Part shown: piece after piece, positions 62,566 to 64,000 of the stretch
How positions within the stretch are numbered: position 1 is the first letter of the stretch
Layout of the letters: each line of letters begins with the position of its first letter
Source: a virus
Length of the DNA: 64,000 nt
Reading direction: 5' to 3' (one strand)
Virus record (IMG/VR): IMGVR_UViG_3300028400_000005
Coordinates: 15,031-79,030 of that record
Translations under genes and position numbers: made by a program
The notes under the pieces: model-generated
Seen by the model: only the letters and a program-made list of their open reading frames with translations
What the model was told of the DNA's origin: nothing
The model's database searches: none

Positions 62566-63607
62566 GGGGTTCCTCCTTTCGTGCTTTCGTTGGGCTCGAG
62601 CCCGGCTCGAGCCCCCGCACCTCCATCCAGGCCTTCACGACTTCGGCCGCGACTTGCGGGACGATGGCGTTGCCGTAGGCGCGCAATCGTCCCACGCGGC
62701 CGGGTACCCCATCAACCAGCGGGAATGTGCCGGGTTCAACCGGCCGCCACGCGCCGTCCCGGCAGAGGAGCCAGTCCGCAGCGCCCCATCCGCCGTGATG
62801 CGCGCGGGACCCATCTCCGGGATGCTGCGAACCAGCTGATCCAGCCCCATCTCGTGCTTCCGGTCCCCGCCCCGGCTGCGGAAGCTGTCCACCTGCGGCG
62901 TCGGCCAGGACGCCAGCCGCGCCGCTCCCAGCAGTTTCAGCGTCCCGCCCCCGTGATTGGCGCTGTCGCGCGCGTCCCCGGCGATCGGCGTCGGCCACAC
63001 CGTAAGGGCTTCGACCTGCTCGCTCAAGGGCCGGGTGTTCTTGCTGAGCGTCGCCTCCGAAGTCCGCCCGCTCCGCCAGTCCCGCGCCATCGGCGTCGCC
63101 CAGACGGTCCGCGACGATCCAGAGCCGCTGCCGGAGGTGCGGGGCACCGACGCTACAAGCTGGCAGTACCACCGCCCCCGCGGCGTAACCTTCCAGCTCC
63201 AACGCGTCGAGCAGATCGTCGAGCCAGTCGTGGAGGGTAACCGCTCCCGCAACCTGCTCGCTAAAGAGGACAGGAGGGCGGAGCTGGCGGATGTGCTCGA
63301 GCCAAACAGGGGAGAGGTGCCGCTCGTCGGCGACCCCGCGCCGCCGCCCGGCGTAGCTGAACGGCTGGCACGGCGGGCTGCCCGTGAGGACCGGCCAGTC
63401 GTCGCGCCATCCGGCGAGTCGCAGGGCGTAGGGCCATCCTCCAATGCCAGCAAAATAGTGCCATTGGGTGTATCCGCGCAGCTCATCAGGGTCCACCTCC
63501 CGTATGTCGCGCTCGTCCACGTCGCCGTCGGGGAGGAGCCCGGCGGCGATCAGGTTGCGCAACCATGCAGCCGCAAATGGGTCGAACTCGTTATAGTAGG
63601 CGGCCAC
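62558..63607 (-). CDS. C5 DNA cytosine methyltransferase (main chain)
   Basis: FAGIGG, TGSPPCQPFS, EQV, GAPHLRQRLW and RAYGNAIVPQVA motifs. Confidence 0.9.
   Translation of the reverse strand: MAAYYNEFDPFAAAWLRNLIAAGLLPDGDVDERDIREVDPDELRGYTQWHYFAGIGGWPYALRLAGWRDDWPVLTGSPPCQPFSYAGRRRGVADERHLSPVWLEHIRQLRPPVLFSEQVAGAVTLHDWLDDLLDALELEGYAAGAVVLPACSVGAPHLRQRLWIVADRLGDADGAGLAERADFGGDAQQEHPALERAGRSPYGVADADRRGRARQRQSRGRDAETAGSGAAGVLADAAGGQLPQPGRGPEARDGAGSAGSQHPGDGSRAHHGGWGAADWLLCRDGAWRPVEPGTFPLVDGVPGRVGRLRAYGNAIVPQVAAEVVKAWMEVRGLEPGSSPTKARKEEPHA
62635..63486 (-). CDS. Overlapping alternative-frame MTase subunit (TRD/motif IX carrier); start uncertain
   Basis: WATP/WPTP repeats and GRLNPAHSRWLMGYP motif nested in the MTase gene. 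Confidence 0.6.
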   Translation of the reverse strand: MSCADTPNGTILLALEDGPTPCDSPDGATTGRSSRAARRASRSATPGGGAGSPTSGTSPLFGSSTSASSALLSSLASRLRERLPSTTGSTICSTRWSWKVTPRGRWYCQLVASVPRTSGSGSGSSRTVWATPMARDWRSGRTSEATLSKNTRPLSEQVEALTVWPTPIAGDARDSANHGGGTLKLLGAARLASWPTPQVDSFRSRGGDRKHEMGLDQLVRSIPEMGPARITADGALRTGSSAGTARGGRLNPAHSRWLMGYPAAWDDCAPTATPSSRKSRPKS

Positions 63608-63836
63608 TCAGCACCTCCTCGAGGTCGCGCAACGCCCCGTCCACGTCGGCCGCCGCGCCGCTCAGCGCGTGCAGGATCCCCAGCGGCGCCAGGACGGCCG
63701 CGGCAAGGACGAGGGCGATGAGGGCCAGCCGCGACCAGTCCCGCAGGGTGCGCGGCGCGCCGAAGGCGTCCACGACCAGGTACATGAGGGCGGCCCATAC
63801 CGCCGCGCTGAGGGCGTCCACAAGAAGCAGGGTCAT
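63591..63836 (-). CDS. Small two-TM membrane protein
   Basis: Two hydrophobic helices; ATGA overlap. Confidence 0.55.
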   Translation of the reverse strand: MTLLLVDALSAAVWAALMYLVVDAFGAPRTLRDWSRLALIALVLAAAVLAPLGILHALSGAAADVDGALRDLEEVLSGRLL

Positions 63837-64000
63837 AGGGCGAGCAGCGGCATGGGAACGGCGTCCAGCCGCCCCCGGGCGAGGTCGGCGTACTCCGGGT
63901 TGGCCTCGATACCGATGAAAAAGCGGGCGTTGCGCAGGGCGGCCTCGCCGCTGGTGCCGCTGCCGGCGAACGGGTCGAGCACGACCCCGCCCACGGGGCA
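63833..64000 (-). CDS. N4/N6 DNA methyltransferase (beta class), C-terminal end only
   Basis: Hand translation: CPVGGVVLDPFAGSGTSGEAALRNARFFIGIEANPEYADLARGRL... Confidence 0.85.
   Translation of the reverse strand, partial: CPVGGVVLDPFAGSGTSGEAALRNARFFIGIEANPEYADLARGRLDAVPMPLLAL

Larger units (their letters stand above)
1..64000. mobile_element. Segment of a large temperate contractile-tailed phage, probably a phage-plasmid
   Basis: Portal, terminase, sheath, tube, tape measure, baseplate J/gp25, holins and endolysin occur with Rep+iterons, a DnaC-like loader, ParA and a CI/Cro-like switch. No host housekeeping synteny; no integrase in the window. Confidence 0.9.

Noticed and set aside
36729-64000. 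Tail module as a tailocin or extracellular contractile injection system
   Set aside because: Portal, terminase, MuF, neck and replication genes in the same element indicate a DNA-packaging phage.

Overview
This 64-kb window is GC-rich and wholly mobile-element DNA: part of a large temperate myovirus-like element, most likely a phage-plasmid. Host is inferred to be Deinococcus-Thermus/Thermaceae from pervasive leaderless TAnnnT-N6/7-ATG starts and the tmRNA style. Left to right: two giant polyvalent proteins (DarB-like N6-MTase, truncated by the window edge; YdaT-SNF2 helicase), an early accessory operon, and a MuF/InPase/portal head block. Then a control core: iteron-bearing initiator plus DnaC-like loader, TPR-like regulator with an unannotated 32-aa secreted propeptide, ParA/RHH partition genes, a CI/Cro-like switch and a private beta-clamp. 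Then terminase, nucleotide-metabolism and lysis genes, a contractile-tail module carrying a compact tmRNA, and DNA methyltransferases. No integrase, major capsid gene or CRISPR array is visible. The top candidate for a new system is an arbitrium/RRNPP-like peptide communication cassette at 21573-23374 (predicted mature peptide DPCPGCV). It has candidate TTAC-N19-GTAA operators and is tied to a phage-specific late-promoter class, AC[CG][GA]C-N9-TAnGGT. All family assignments come from motif recognition by eye; no searches were run.
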